A stretch of 64,000 nucleotides of DNA from Heptranchias perlo (lineage: Eukaryota): positions 185,938,001 through 186,002,000 of the forward strand of contig NC_090325.1 of the NCBI RefSeq assembly GCF_035084215.1, written 5' to 3'. Position 1 is the first letter of the stretch, and every line of letters begins with the position of its first letter. Below the pieces are notes generated by a model. That model saw only the letters and a program-made list of their open reading frames with translations. It searched no databases and had not been told where the DNA came from. Below, one piece after another: positions 50,089 to 63,039 of the stretch. Made by a program: the position numbers and the translations under genes.

Positions 50089-50524
50089 TGTACAATTTGC
50101 AATGTCATGGAATTCCTCCTGAAGGGGGGAAATAATTTCATGCCCCTCCAAAGGTTAACAAATACTCTACAGTATCAATTGAACAGTACATGTTACAGAA
50201 CTCAGCCATGACCAGTTGCATTCCACAGATGAAGCTCCCATGCACTGAAGCCTGCAGCAATACCGTTATGCAAAGCATCTCACATACTTGCTCACAGCCT
50301 ATCTATCATCTAATGAATATTCTATACTTTGCAATTCAATTACTCTGTTTCCTCCTCTAGCACGATGCTCACTGAATGCTCATTAGAGCCGCATTAAAGT
50401 TCTTGACATCTTTTCTCCTAATGTTGGGGGTTGCAAAAGGATCCAATAAAGCTGCACGAGGGCACTATAGAGCTTCTTGGCCTATCTTGAGTCTGCTAAT
50501 TGGTATGCGAGCTGTTCTCAGCCC

Positions 50525-50972
50525 AGAGATGAGAGGGTTGTCCTATGAGGAGAGATTGAGTAAAATGGGCCTATACTCTCTGGAGTTTAGAAGAATGAGA
50601 GGTGATCTCATTGAAACATATAAGATTCTGAGGGGGCTTGATAGGGTAGATGGCTGGAGAGTCTAGCACTAGGGGGCATAGTCTCAGGATAAGGGGTCGG
50701 CCATTTAAGACTCAGATGAGGAGGAATTTCTTCACTCAGAGGGTCATGATTCTTTGGAATTCTCTACCCCAGAGGGCTGTGGATGCTCAGTCACTGAGTA
50801 TATTCAAGACTGAGATCGATAGATTTTTGGACTCCAGCGGAATCAAAGGATATGGGGATCGGGCGGGAAAGTGGAGTTGAGGTAGAAGATCAGCCATGAT
50901 CTGATTGAATGGTGGATCAGGCTCGAGGGGCCATACGACCTATTCCTGCTCCTATTTCTTATGTTTTTATGT
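50525..50972 (+). mobile_element. CR1 3' fragment
   Basis: MRGLSYEERLSKMGLYSLEFRRMRGDLIETYKIL and RRNFFTQRVMILWNSLP; same subfamily as the copies at 9299 and 62182. Confidence 0.9.
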
Positions 50973-50985
50973 TCAGAGATTTGCA

Positions 50986-51172
50986 GGGTAAAATTGGACA
51001 TAAGCAGGGGGGATGCAAAGCAGGTGATTTCGCATCGGTCCTCTGTTATACGTTCCCCCCGATATTCAGTTCCACTGACTTCAATAGAACGGAATATCAG
51101 GCACGCCCTAAAACGGTCGGCTAATGCAATTCAGCCTGTTTACGCCCCCCCCACCCATGTCCAATTTCTCCG
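50986..51172. mobile_element. MITE, degenerate (related to 49740)
   Basis: Termini gggtaaaattggaca / tgtccaatttctcc; central ccactgacttcaat. Confidence 0.5.
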
Positions 51173-51404
51173 CCTTGATGTCCACTCAGCACATGGTCCC
51201 TGCTGCCAACTTCATGAACTCACCATGAGAAGGGGGGAGTCACAGACACAAACCCACACCCTACCACGCTGTGGTAAACAAACACCACCATTGTGCTGTC
51301 CTGAATTCACCCTTTTAGTGATGTGTTTATATTCTAATATCACCGTTACAGGCCGTTCCACCTCCTGCGGCAGTGTTGCCGTTTAATCAAGCAGCCCTAA
51401 TAAT

Positions 51405-51835
51405 ACAACTTGCATTTATATAGTGCCTTTCAAGTTCTAAACCGTCCCAAGGCACTTCACAGGACTGTAATCAGACAAAAATTAACACCTAGCCAAAGTA
51501 GGGGACATTAAGTCAGGTGTCTAAAAACTTGGTCAAAGAGGTAGGTTTTAAGGAGCATCTTAAAAGGAAGAGGTAGAGAGGTTTAGGGAGGGAATTCCAG
51601 AGATGGTTGAAGCCTCGACCGCCAATAGTGGGGCAAAAGGAAGTGGGGCATGCACAAGAGGCCAGAGTTGGAGGAATGCAGAGTTCTCGGAGGGTCGTAG
51701 GGCTGGGGGAGGCTACAGAGATAGGGAGGGACGAGGCCGTGGAAGGGTTTGAACAGGAGATTGAGAATTTTAAAATCGAGACGTTGGTGGACCCGGGAGC
51801 CAATGTAGGTCAGCGAGCATAGGGGTGATAGGGCA
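51405..51835 (-). mobile_element. L2 LINE 3' fragment
   Basis: HQRLDFKILNLLFKPFHGLVPPYLCSL in ORF 51583-51906; L2 tail at about 51405. Confidence 0.8.
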
Positions 51836-53242
51836 ACAGGATGCTTCAAATGGAAGGATGCCAACCTCGAGAGATTAGTGTTCCTGGACCCAGTGATAAA
51901 CACCAACGAGGAGCCACACTTTGGACAAGCCAGCAGTGTGCACTGTGCGTTGCTGGCATATTCAGGCTCCTGTGCCTTGTATGGATGTTGCCCTTAGACC
52001 AGGGAAGGTTCGCAGCTAGAGTTTGAAAGTAGTGCATGCGATTTGAAAGCAAGTTCACGTGCATTAGGTCGCAGATGCACTGTTGCTTCAGTGTGGCCAC
52101 TAATTGCTTCGAATTTCACCCCAGGGATGAACCAGAGCACCAGCAACATTAATACAATGGGAGCTATCCCCCAATAAAAACAAAGCATAGCAGTTGTGAC
52201 TGTTGGACAACTCATTTTGAATAAACTGAATAATAATATTAATTTTTGAACCGATATATTTATTTAGCGGGATTTTTCTGCACTTGGCCGACTGCTGTAA
52301 ATTGATTAGGCGATTTTTGCTGACATCACTGAAATCTCATTTTCCCCCCGTTTTCTATTGCTTAACCACGCATCAAGAGTAGCTATGATATAAATAATGT
52401 AAATTGTTTTTGTAACTCTGCTGCAGCTCAATGTAGGCAATTGGAAACTGTAGCGAACATCGTTCCAAAAACACCGCAAATTAAAAATTACTCTTTTGAG
52501 TTTCTACAATCTTGCTATTTTAGTGTTTTATCTTCTCATTCCTGGAAATTTACCCTCCGAGGACACTTGCCTGCTCTTATTATGTGACAGAAAGCTGTAA
52601 AGAACCCCCAGAGGGATCCAAGGTAATATTATCACTCACCGCATCACAAGGCAGATCAAAAACCGATTGCAAATGATAGCTAATGTCACCCGAAAGAACA
52701 GTTTACTCTTTACATTTTGCTTCGGCAATCACTTTGAATGATACTGAAACATTAACACACGTCACTGCCAGTCTATGTAGCGCAGTCTGTACCGTTTTAT
52801 AAGGACAGTAAACCCATGTTAGAATGTGGTGATTCCAAACTCAGGTTATAAGCAAGGTCCATTTGCCTTTTTTTTAAAACAGACTTGGTGCTGATAATTA
52901 ATTTGTTAGTGAAGGCAAGTTTAAAGTTTCCCCACAAACAGTGATTGAATTATAGTTGGACCGTCGAGGGAAAATGGGGTCATCCATCAGATTACTATAT
53001 GCTGCGTTTCGATATTTTAATATGGGAAATAACACTTAGTGTTGGACACGCTAAATTCTACTTTTGCATATTTTTTTAAAACTTGCTAACTTCAATTTTC
53101 AATGTGCGCTGAGCAGATAGGTAGGTATTGACACAAATAAATGAATTACACAGTACAGAAGTGTGATATAAAAGGATTTTAAAAAAAAATCATTACTAGA
53201 ATTGATATAGGGTAGAAACTGGGGGTAAACTTTTTCCCAACT

Positions 53243-53642
53243 AGAAAGAAAGACTTGCACCTTTCACGTCCCAAAGTGCTTCACAGCCAATGAAGTACTT
53301 TAGAAGTGTAGTGACTTGTAATGTAGGAAACGCAGCAGCCAATATCCACACAGCAAGGTCCAACAAACAGCAATGTGATAATGACCAGATAATCTGTTTG
53401 TTTTGGTGTTGGTTGAGGGATAGACATTAGCTAGGACACCTTCCCCACGCTTCTTTGAAATAGTGCCATGGGATCTTTTACCTCCATCCGAGAGGACGGC
53501 ACCTCCGACAGTGCAGCACTCCCTAAGTACTACACTGGTGTGTCAGCCTGGAATTTATACTCCAGTCCCTAGAGTGGGACTATGAAGCCACGACCTTCTG
53601 ATTCAGAGGCAAGACTGCTACCCATTGAGCCATGGCTGACAC
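53243..53642 (-). mobile_element. Deu-domain SINE
   Basis: Reverse complement of the Deu core and tRNA head. Confidence 0.85.
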
Positions 53643-55280
53643 TTAGGGTGTGTAGTGTATCATTTAAATTGACAGTCATACAATGTGTTGATGCTCCAGC
53701 ATGTTGGTTTGAAGGTCACCACACAATTCCCATGCATGAGTTGCCAATGTTGGCTGTTCTGTTGGAGGGAAGTGCTCCAGAATGGAGTCGATGCATAGCC
53801 CCACAGGAAGAAGGAAATGTCAGTCCCCCTGGGCTCCTCTCTCACACACCTCCCATCTGTCAGCTCAACAACAGCACTAACCGTACAGCTTGTTACCACC
53901 CTGCCCTCTTGGTGGGGAGAATTAAACATTAAAAATGGTGGCCAAAAAAAGATCAATAGAAGAAAGCTTCATTGCCAGGTTAAACTGTAGCAGTTGTTGG
54001 AGACTCGTCTCTTGTAGTGACTCAGTTTTGGCATTTTTTTAAAGAAGGTTTGGGAGTCAACTAGAGTTAAAATAAGTTGAACATATAAATTGAGGCTGAC
54101 TTGCTCATCCCCAACAATCAGAACCTGTTCTGTGAGCAGTATCATTTATTTGTTGCTTCCTGATCGTATTTTACCACATTAATGAATATCACATTCATAG
54201 TCATTTTGAATGCTACTGCTTCAAAACTGCACTCACCCCGTGTAATTTAACTCACTGTGCTCGGAATGACCATTGTAGCTGTCAGACTGACCTTATGTTC
54301 TCTGTCTACGAATAACAGGAGTTAAATTACTATCTGTAAGATTATAGAAAGGAATTTGAACCTTGTGTTATACAGGGTGGCACTGGGTGTTCAGGCTACA
54401 AAGCCCTCCCTTTCAGCACTTTTTTCCAAATTGGCATGACTGTTGCAGAGGGACCAGATTAAGGATTCTGGCACACATGGTACTTTACCTTTTTAGCTTT
54501 CTTGTGCTTAGCTTTCTCTTCAGCCAGTCCCCTTGCAGCAGCCAAGGTCAGTCGAGAGGGAGAGTGAGCTGGCTGCAAGAGGGAGAAAGTGGCCATTTGC
54601 TTTCACCCACAGGACCCACGAGTGGAGCCTGCGCTAGGTCAAGACCAATATGGGGCCCAAACGGAAACTGGGAGTCCTGAACGTGTAGGGAGTATAAGTT
54701 CGCCTTGTGCTGCTGAATCCTTATCGCCCGTTTTGCCTGACTTCCCAGGACAAATTTGTACCCCGCAGTGTTCAAAATGGGTGCTGGTTTCCGAGATTTA
54801 GTACATGAATCATTTATTAGTTTGTAACGCTAAATGAGATACTTAAATCCTTAGACTTTAACAAACTGAGACGAGCAACAATATGAGGAAACCAATTACC
54901 CAGATTTATTGATCCAACACAAGATGATGAGCAATGGACCGTGATGGTGGTCCAAGATGTTAAGCCATTCAGCTTTTCCCCTCCATTATCTGTACTACTT
55001 CGACATCATTTATTTGTATAAACATGCTGAATGAAGGGAGAGTGATAGATTACCTACTCTAAGCATGGTCTTCCTCATTCTTTCAATGTAGCTTAGCCTC
55101 CTGTTACAATGCTTCCTCTTGTCTATCACTTGGCTCTCTCCAGGACCTTCATCATTTGGAGCTCGTTACGTTTTCTTATGTTGTGAATGTACCTCGCCTT
55201 GTTGCATCAATTCAATCTTATTGATCCTTCAAAATCATTGAGGTGTAGTATCAGAGCCCCCAGCCCCTCAAAGAAGCCAT

Positions 55281-55972
55281 GGCCTCGATATTAACCCCCT
55301 CCCACGACGGGCGGGGGGTGGGGGGGAGGAGGGAGATTAGAAATTAAAAATCGAGGAACATGTCCCCAACCCACCACGTACGCGTCTGCCGCCATTTTCA
55401 AAGTGGCAGGTTGCGGGACATGAGAGTGTCCCGTCTTGAAGAGGTGGGACACTTCATTATCATATTTAAATCAGGGTCCCACGGTATAGTTGGGAGCCTG
55501 ATATAAATTTAACAGTTGCCGGTCGGGCTTCCCAAGGCTCTGGAAACCTGGCAGCAAAATGGAGGTGAGAATTGCCAGCTCCAGTATTTTACAGCACTCC
55601 TTATGGGTCAGGAGGAGCAGGAGTGCTCCCCCCACCCACCCCCCCAGCCCCTCAAGGAAGCCATCGGCCTTCCTTCTGCCGATCGCGGCCACTCCTCACT
55701 GCCGCGATTGGTGAAACCCCGCGCCCCCCACCACCACCAAGTCCCGATCACAAACCCCAATTTCTCTCTCCCTCCCTCCCTCCCGATTGCCGGGTTCTGA
55801 CTCTCCCCCCGGGGACCGTCCTCAACAGCCTGTCAATCTGGCCAGCTGCCGGGCAGGAAACCGTAGGAGAAAATGGTAATGAGTTTAATATCGGCAGGAC
55901 CTCCTCATCCCCGGCCTTTCCAGGTTTCCCCTCCACCCCTTACCACACTCTCCCGCTCCCTCCCCGCAAATA
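55281..55972. mobile_element. Non-autonomous Harbinger-type element
   Basis: Left end ggcctcgatattaacc; internal ggaggagcaggagtgctcc and gcctgtcaatc shared with 11114 and 60998; degenerate right end. Confidence 0.55.
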
Positions 55973-56616
55973 TTGTGTCATTACTGTGAGGTGGAACCTT
56001 CCTTAAGATACAAGGTCCCAGAGGTTTTCCCCATTTGGATTAAGTGCTATTCACTTATATGTAAAGGTTGATCGAATGGGAAGGAAGGCATTTTCCGCAG
56101 CTAAAGAGTGCTGAGATCTACAGGTTATCATGTACATGTAAGGAAAGAGACCTGAATCTTCAACATTGGGCCAAAAGCCATTATCAGAACATTGGGCACA
56201 AGCTGCTCACGATTGTCCATCCTTTCATTTTAGTGGGTGGAACACTGTCAGCTGTTTGACCCTGATTTTTGCGCCAAGGGCTTCTGCCTCATCAAGCTCT
56301 TGCATCGCGGAGCTGAAGAGAACAATCTGCCACAAGAAGACCGTCAGCGAACATTAATGAATCCGCCCCTGTCCTTGACACAAAACTGAGCATCACGTGC
56401 CCCTGACGATCCAAATCCTACGGTAGCCAGTTGACGAGAGCCAAGGGGTAGGAAGCCAGTTTTCAAAGTTATCCTTTTGGCAGATGTACTTGTGCTGCGT
56501 CAAGAAATTTGAGACTGTGACGCCACTCTGTGACAATGTTGGGAGAACTTCCTGGCTTAGGACAGATATGCCCATTGGGGTTGGTGTATATCAAGTTGTG
56601 AGTGACTATTAACAGT

Positions 56617-57318
56617 GGCCTAGAAATTCAGCCGCTAACTGGCCTACTAAGCTCCCAATACGGCGGGCAGAAAGCCAGCGCACATTTCCGGCCGGAAGGG
56701 CGCCGCCCGCCATATTGAACAATGTAGATGCGCCGTCGACAGGCGCGCACATCGGGAACGTTTAAAAGGCAGAATAATTTAGTCAAATTAGAGTCCTGTG
56801 CTTCTTGCAGGACGCGTATTCGATTTGCGAATGCGCCAGCATTTCCCTCGTCACGTGCTGAACTCGCACGGCACAATATGGCGCTAACCGGCAGCAAGGC
56901 CCTCATTCTTGTCTGAAAGTGGAGCCGGAAACCAGGCTACCGATCCCCCTCCCCCCACCCCGGCTAACGAACCCGCCTACCGATTGCTCACCCCCCCACC
57001 CCCACCCCGATTGCTCCCCTCTGCACCCCCCCCCCCCGCCCCCCAACCAATCGTCCCCCCTCCCACTCCGGCCACCAATCGCACCCGCCCCCCCCCCCCC
57101 CCCCCCCACCAGCCCGTAGGCCTCGATCGCCCAGCTTTCCCGGCCTGGGGCCAGCAGCTGCCCGATTTTCAATTACGCTTCTCTGGCATCTCTGCGCAGC
57201 TCGCTGGCTCCACGGAAAAGAGGATCGAGCCTAATATCAGGGGCTCCTCGGACCTCACCATTCAGGTGCACGGATCGCTCCCTGTGCCCAAAAATATCCG
57301 TGCCCAAATTTCTGGGCC
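56617..57318. mobile_element. Non-autonomous CpG-rich Harbinger-type element
   Basis: TIRs ggcctagaaatt / aatttctgggcc; 3-bp flanks AGT/AAT. Confidence 0.6.
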
Positions 57319-57821
57319 AATGCGTATAAGGAGAATATTGACCTTCTTTCCTTTGGTCTTTATATACCACCATCAGGCAGCACGTCTGCGAGTGAACTCT
57401 TAAACACGACATTAAAAAGAAATCACTGTATGTGAAGAAATTTCAACTCCACAAAAACAACAGATTAAGTGCCATTGTAGCCACCAGCGGAGACACTGAA
57501 AATGTAATTCAAATGAATTATTTATGATTCTTGCTGCAGCACAACAAACCACCTTCAGGTTTTACGATGATTGTAATATTTGTTTATAAAAGCTGCCTCA
57601 GTTAAACATGGGGCTTCTGCAAATCATTTGCTCCGGGCGAATCAGCATTTAATGGCACAGGAGTGCTTTTCAGCATACTGAACGACGCGAGGAGGGCTAA
57701 ACTCCACCTGACAAAGCAGGTGACGAGCTGTCGCTGTCACGTTCTCTGTGGCAACTCTTCACAACTGGTGAAGCTACAAATGTGAGACACAATGAAAACT
57801 GCACCTTTCCTTCGCTATATG

Positions 57822-58192
57822 TCATAAAATCATAGAAACCTACAGCACAGGAGGAGGCCATTCGGCCCATCTTGCCTGTGCCAGCTCCTTGAAAGAGCTA
57901 TCCAATTAATCCCACTCCTGAGCTCTTTTCCCATAGCCCTGCAACTTTTTCCTTTTCAAGTATATATCCAATTCCCTTTTGAAAGTTATGATTGAATCTG
58001 CTTCCTCCACTCTTTCAGGCAGTGCGTTCCAGATCTTAACAACTCGCTGCATAAAAAAAAATCTCCTCATCTCTCCCCTGATTCTTTTGCTAATTATCTT
58101 AAATCTGCGACCTTTAATTATCAACCCCCCTGCCAGTGGAAACAGTTTCTCCTTGTTTACTCTATTAAATCCCCTCATAATTTTGAACATTA
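57822..58192 (-). mobile_element. CR1 3' fragment
   Basis: ORF 57906-58232 (FKIMRGFNRVNKEKLFPLAGG...WNALPE...QEWD) plus tail. Confidence 0.85.
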
Positions 58193-58670
58193 AGTAAGGG
58201 TTAATCAAGTACCAGATGGATTGTGAAGGCACTTACACCCTGAAAATTACTGTTTGTGTCCTCAATAGGAATTAATTGTGCCTAAGTTTTGGTTTGAGGC
58301 CATTACTAGGTACATAGATGAAGATGTAGTGGGAGACTAAGGAAAAGAATCCCAGCTTCTCTCGCCTCTCCACATAACTGAGGTCCCTCATCCCTGGTAT
58401 CATCGATTCTTGTTGCGTACTATGTGGCTTTGGCCATATGAGGATTCAGCTCATTCAATGAACCAGCTACTTGGGGTGGTGGTGACCATCCCCACCAGCC
58501 CTGAAGCCTGAAGCAAACGGTTAGCATCCACCTGGCGCCCTCTTTGCGGCACTCTCAATCCTCATCATTATGCTACCGGCCTTTGCTCCTCATTCCCAGA
58601 CTTATTAACGTTCTCTCCATCCACGCTCCCGAAAATCCCTGACTCCCCACCTCCACCTCACACTTTCACC

Positions 58671-59038
58671 TGGGGTCGCCAACTCTGGTTGGACGTATCC
58701 CAGACGTTACATCACATGACCTCCCGCCCCCACGCTCTCACCATTGGTCACCTGACACGTCCATCCTCGAGATGCCCCACCTTCCCGCGGCCAGTTGAAA
58801 AGCGAACAGACTCTTCGCTACCCGATTGGATGATTCTTGACTCAAACATGCTTTTTCCCCCCTTCTCCAATATTTTTATAACTAATAAACAAAAGTGTTC
58901 AAAGAAAATGAAAAAATAACACAAAAATGTTTTTAATGTCCCTATGATTTTTCTCCCTGGATGTTTGTAGCAATGTCAGGGAGATTAATCTTTAATTACT
59001 GGAGGCTGCAGGACAATCCTGGAGTGTTGACGACCCTA
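58671..59038. mobile_element. Non-autonomous hAT (Blackjack-like) element
   Basis: TIRs tggggtcgccaac / gttgacgacccta and an 8-bp TSD ctttcacc (58663-58670) / cgttcacc (59039-59046). Confidence 0.75.
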
Positions 59039-59354
59039 CGTTCACCCTATGTCTTGGTGCAACAGATGAACGTACAATGCAGTAGAAAGAGGTTGTGCAA
59101 TGTCCTGCTGACAATCAGCAGCAAGGTTGATGTAGCGCGTGATATATATGAGGTCCTTTCCTCATAAAAGCTGCTGTACCCATTCACGCCCAACTGTGTT
59201 CAGTAGACCATCCTGGTCAATGATTACAGATGTCATGGCTTTGCCAGATTTCACAGAACCGAGTGTGTTTGTAAATCCCAAACTAACATAAAAGAGCAGC
59301 CTGGCTGCAATGAGTTATTGGGCGGTGACACAGCCTTACGTTTTACTCTTGTGC

Positions 59355-59610
59355 CCTTTAATGTCCTTTAGGGAAGGAAACCTGTCGTCCTTATCCATTC
59401 TGGCCTATATGTGACTCCAGTCCCACACCAGTGGTTGACTCGTAACTGCCCTCTGAAGTGGCCTCGCAAGCCACTCAGACTCTGTTGTATCAAACCGTTA
59501 CCAGCAGTTCCAGAAGACGGCCCACCACCACCTTTTCAAGGGCAACTAGTGATGGGCAATAAATGCCAGCCTTGCCAACAGCGCCCACGTCCCAAGAATG
59601 AATTTTTATA
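59355..59610 (+). mobile_element. SINE with family B LINE tail (5'-truncated)
   Basis: taatgtcctttagggaaggaaacctg...gtgactccagtcccacac...gatgggcaataaatgccagcc. Confidence 0.8.
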
Positions 59611-60049
59611 AAAACACCACCCATTGACCCCGCCCCCCAGCCCTCGCCTTCCCATGTTCCATTGCACTTCACCACAGAGGAGTGGTATATGAGTCTGGAC
59701 TGCCGATTTTCCACACGGTGAGTACCTCTGATGTGAACTGGAATACTCCAGAAAAGACAAAACACTGACAGTTTTACAACAAAAACAATGAGTCACCGAG
59801 CTGCTCATTCTAGCGGCAATTCCAGAGGTGTGAAAGAGCTCGCTCGGTTTCTTCTCTGTGGAATGGTATTTGGTGTTGAGAGACACAAGAGTGAGAGAAA
59901 ATAAAAAAATTAAAATATTGATTGTAAGTAAAACCTATTTTAGGCTCTGCCAATCCCAGGGATGTGCCAAGTCTAAGGCATGTTTGTTTTTACCTTTTTT
60001 TAACACCAGTATTCTCCTCTGCCCTTCCCCCCTCTATTGACTCTTCACT

Positions 60050-60415
60050 AGGGTCCAGTTCCTCAGACACCTTTTGGTACCTTGACTGAGTGGACATTAT
60101 TCATATGTGATTCTTGACAGTAAGTGTCGCTGGGCTATTCCACCATGAGTGATTACATCACAGCCAGGCCCAATCACCATTTCAACCAACATCCACCCAT
60201 GCTCTCTTCCAGCAGGGGTCCCTTATTGGTGACCAAGATCAGAACTCTAGGTGATCCACCCTTGCCTAATCCAGGGCTGCTGATATCAATTATAGCACTC
60301 CCATTGCTGCCCTCCCTGAGAATGGCTAACTCCGCACTGGCCAGGGGCAGAATCTAGGACCTTCCTGTTCTGTACAGCTCAGCAATTCACTGGATAAACC
60401 TACTGAGCCATCAGC
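60050..60415 (-). mobile_element. Family D SINE
   Basis: Reverse complement of gctgatggctcagtaggtttatccag...gctgtacagaacaggaaggtcctagattc; similar to 5570-5855. Confidence 0.5.
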
Positions 60416-60997
60416 AAGTTGATGAGCCCAAAGTCCAGTCTGGTACAAGTCCATTATGTACAATTTAATCACAATTTCAGCCATCGTTTGAGTCACTGTT
60501 GTGTTTTTCTGGCCCTTTGCTGCGCTCAGCACAAGGGAAAAACAACACTGCCTAGGCTCACAGCACAACACATAACTCCCCATTGCTACTGACCCACTGA
60601 TCAGAGGACAAGGACACGGAGACTGGTCAATGCTGTACCACATGCTCAAGCCTGACGGGGGCCTTCTCAATTGCGCCTGTCAGTTAGTTGAGTTTGAACG
60701 TGTGCTGGTGAGCTAATGTGATCCTGTATTTTCAAGCACTGTGATTGAAATATTTTTCTCTTGCTTGATTTCCATTTGCACATAGCTACCAGCTCAATGT
60801 GAATTAAATGAGTGGCTGAACAAAGTGGGGATGGGATTTCACCTGTGTAATGTATTGAAAGTGGCAGCATTAGATTGGGATTCAATCAGCATTCAACTAG
60901 CTGTACACCACTGTTACGTGCTGTTACAGCACAGCCCAAGTCTACAGTTGCACATTTAAACCAATGCACACTATACGTTGGCTGTGAATGAGCCAGA

Positions 60998-61990
60998 GGG
61001 GGTAATTTTAACCCCCAAGAACGGGTGGGTTGGGGGCGGGCGGGCAGTAAAAATAGTTTGTTTTTGGAGCCAGACCGTATCCCGGCTCCAATAGAAACCT
61101 GGAAGTCCCATGCCCACTTGAAAGTCGGCAGGCCAATATTTAAAGGGGCAATGTACCTCATTGCGATAGTTGAGGCACTTAATTTTTTGTGTATTAGAAA
61201 TGTCAAAACTAATTTTACCTCACCTGTTCAGGTTTCCCCATCGCTTCTGATTCACGTCAGGTGAAAGTAGGTGATAAGGGCCCAAACCATGAGGTGAGCG
61301 TCCTTATTGTACTACTTGTGGGCCCGGAGGAGCAGGAGTGCTTCATCCAGGCCCAACAAGCTCACCTGGTCGACAGGACCCCTGCAATCGATGCAACCCC
61401 CAACCTCCGCGATGGTGGAACCCCCGCCCCACAATGGTTGAACCCCCTCTGATGGTGGACCCCCATACCTCCGACTCTTCACCCGACTTCCGGTCTCTTC
61501 TTCCGATCTGCGACCTCTTCACCCGACCTCTGATCTCTTCTCCCGATCTGCGGCCTCCAATCTCTTCTCCTGACCTCCGATCTCTTCTCCCGTACTGTGA
61601 TCGCTGACTCTTCTCCTGAAGATTTGGCAACAGGTTTGACTGTGAGGATTTGTATTGATTATGGGATGGAACTATTATGTAGGAAGTTGGAGGCAGGAGT
61701 CCTGTCATTTTATAGTAGCTCTGGAGAGAGCTAGGAAAACATCTTCATGAGCTGTCAAGAGGGCTTATAGTCGTTGCTCTTCATCTGCCTTCAATTTCCT
61801 CCCAGCATCAGCCCCTCCCCCTCCACCGATCTCCGCCTCCGGCATCAGATAACCCCCCCCCACGTCCTCCAGGGCTCACGATCTATCCCTTCCTCCTCTC
61901 CGATTCCCACCCGACAGCCAGCCAGCCTGTCAATCAGGATTATCTCTCCCCCACCCCCCCACCCCCCCCCCCCCCCCCGCCCCCTTCCCG
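60998..61990. mobile_element. Non-autonomous Harbinger-type element with an internal unrelated segment
   Basis: The 5' part aacgggtgggttgggggcggg and cttgtgggcccggaggagcag match 11114-11837, and the 3' part gcctgtcaatcagg matches 11675. 61615-61800 is unrelated sequence. Confidence 0.6.
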
Positions 61991-62181
61991 CCTGCACCAA
62001 GCTGAGGACTGCCATCACTCGGCTTTCAAACGCTTTTCATTTCAGGCATTCAGGAGTAGAGGCTATGTTGCCTGTGCGGGGCTTTGTGCACCAATGGGAA
62101 TTCAAGGAGGAAGGGAGTGAGCCACACAAGATTTTCAGCCCAAATTTCCTATATGTGCTCCCAGTGTGTGAAGTGTTCCCA

Positions 62182-62650
62182 GATTGATTCCTGGATGAGA
62201 GGGTTGTCCTATCAAAGATTGAGTAGAATGGGCCTATATTCTCTGAAGTTTAGAAGAATGAGAGGTGATCGCGTTGAAACGTATAAAATCCTTAGAGGGC
62301 TTAACAGGATAGATGCTGAGAAGCTGTTTGCCCTGGCAGAAGAGTTTAGAACTAGGGGGCATGGTCTCAGGATAAAGGGTCAGCCAATTAGGACTGAGAT
62401 GAGGAAAAATTTCTTCACTCAGAGGGTTGTGAATCTTTGGAATTCTCTACCCCAGAGGGCTGTGGATGCTCAGTTGCTGAGTATATTCAAGACTGAGATT
62501 GATAGATTTTTGGACACTAAGGGAATTAATGGATATGGGGATAGAATGGGGAAGTGGAGTTGAGGTAGAAGATCAGTCATGATCTTACTGAATGGCGGAG
62601 CAGGCTCGAGGGGCTGTATGGCCTACTCCTGCTCCTATTTCTTATGTTCA
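62182..62650 (+). mobile_element. CR1 3' fragment
   Basis: C-terminus of ORF 62084-62563 (RLSRMGLYSLKFRRMRGD...GDRMGKWS) plus the 3' UTR. Confidence 0.9.
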
Positions 62651-62807
62651 TAGGTCAGCTATAGCATGATTTAATGTGGAGTAAAGTTCTGTCAATTTCA
62701 ATTCATCAATGAGCTCACCCCAAACCCATGACTCCCCAAGCTACACTAATGTGGCACTTTCCAATTCCCATCCTGTTCCCATTTTCTAAGGGAAAGTGTC
62801 AATTTAA

Positions 62808-62985
62808 AGGGTAATTTTCCAACTTTGTGCTTCAGACAGGGAGCCTCACCTGTAGCAAATGCACATCAGGAACTTGGGTGTGCACTGCACCAACCATTAC
62901 GGTTATAAAATGATATGAGTCATGTGTCTTTATTATTGCAAATATACATTTCTGGTAGAGAAGCACAAAGTCAGGGAATTACCCC
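62808..62985. mobile_element. MITE
   Basis: Inverted repeats gggtaattttccaactttgtgcttc / gaagcacaaagtcagggaattaccc. Confidence 0.6.
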
Positions 62986-63039
62986 TATAATGCCAGTTAA
63001 TGCTGTACTATGCTGTGGATTCACATCCACTGGGAACTG

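Noticed and set aside
56909-57403. Proline-rich protein ORF (also 4090-4311, 32782-33096, 55572-56006, 61774-62187)
   Set aside because: These frames arise from poly-C tracts, mostly inside non-autonomous transposons; there is no domain or splice support.
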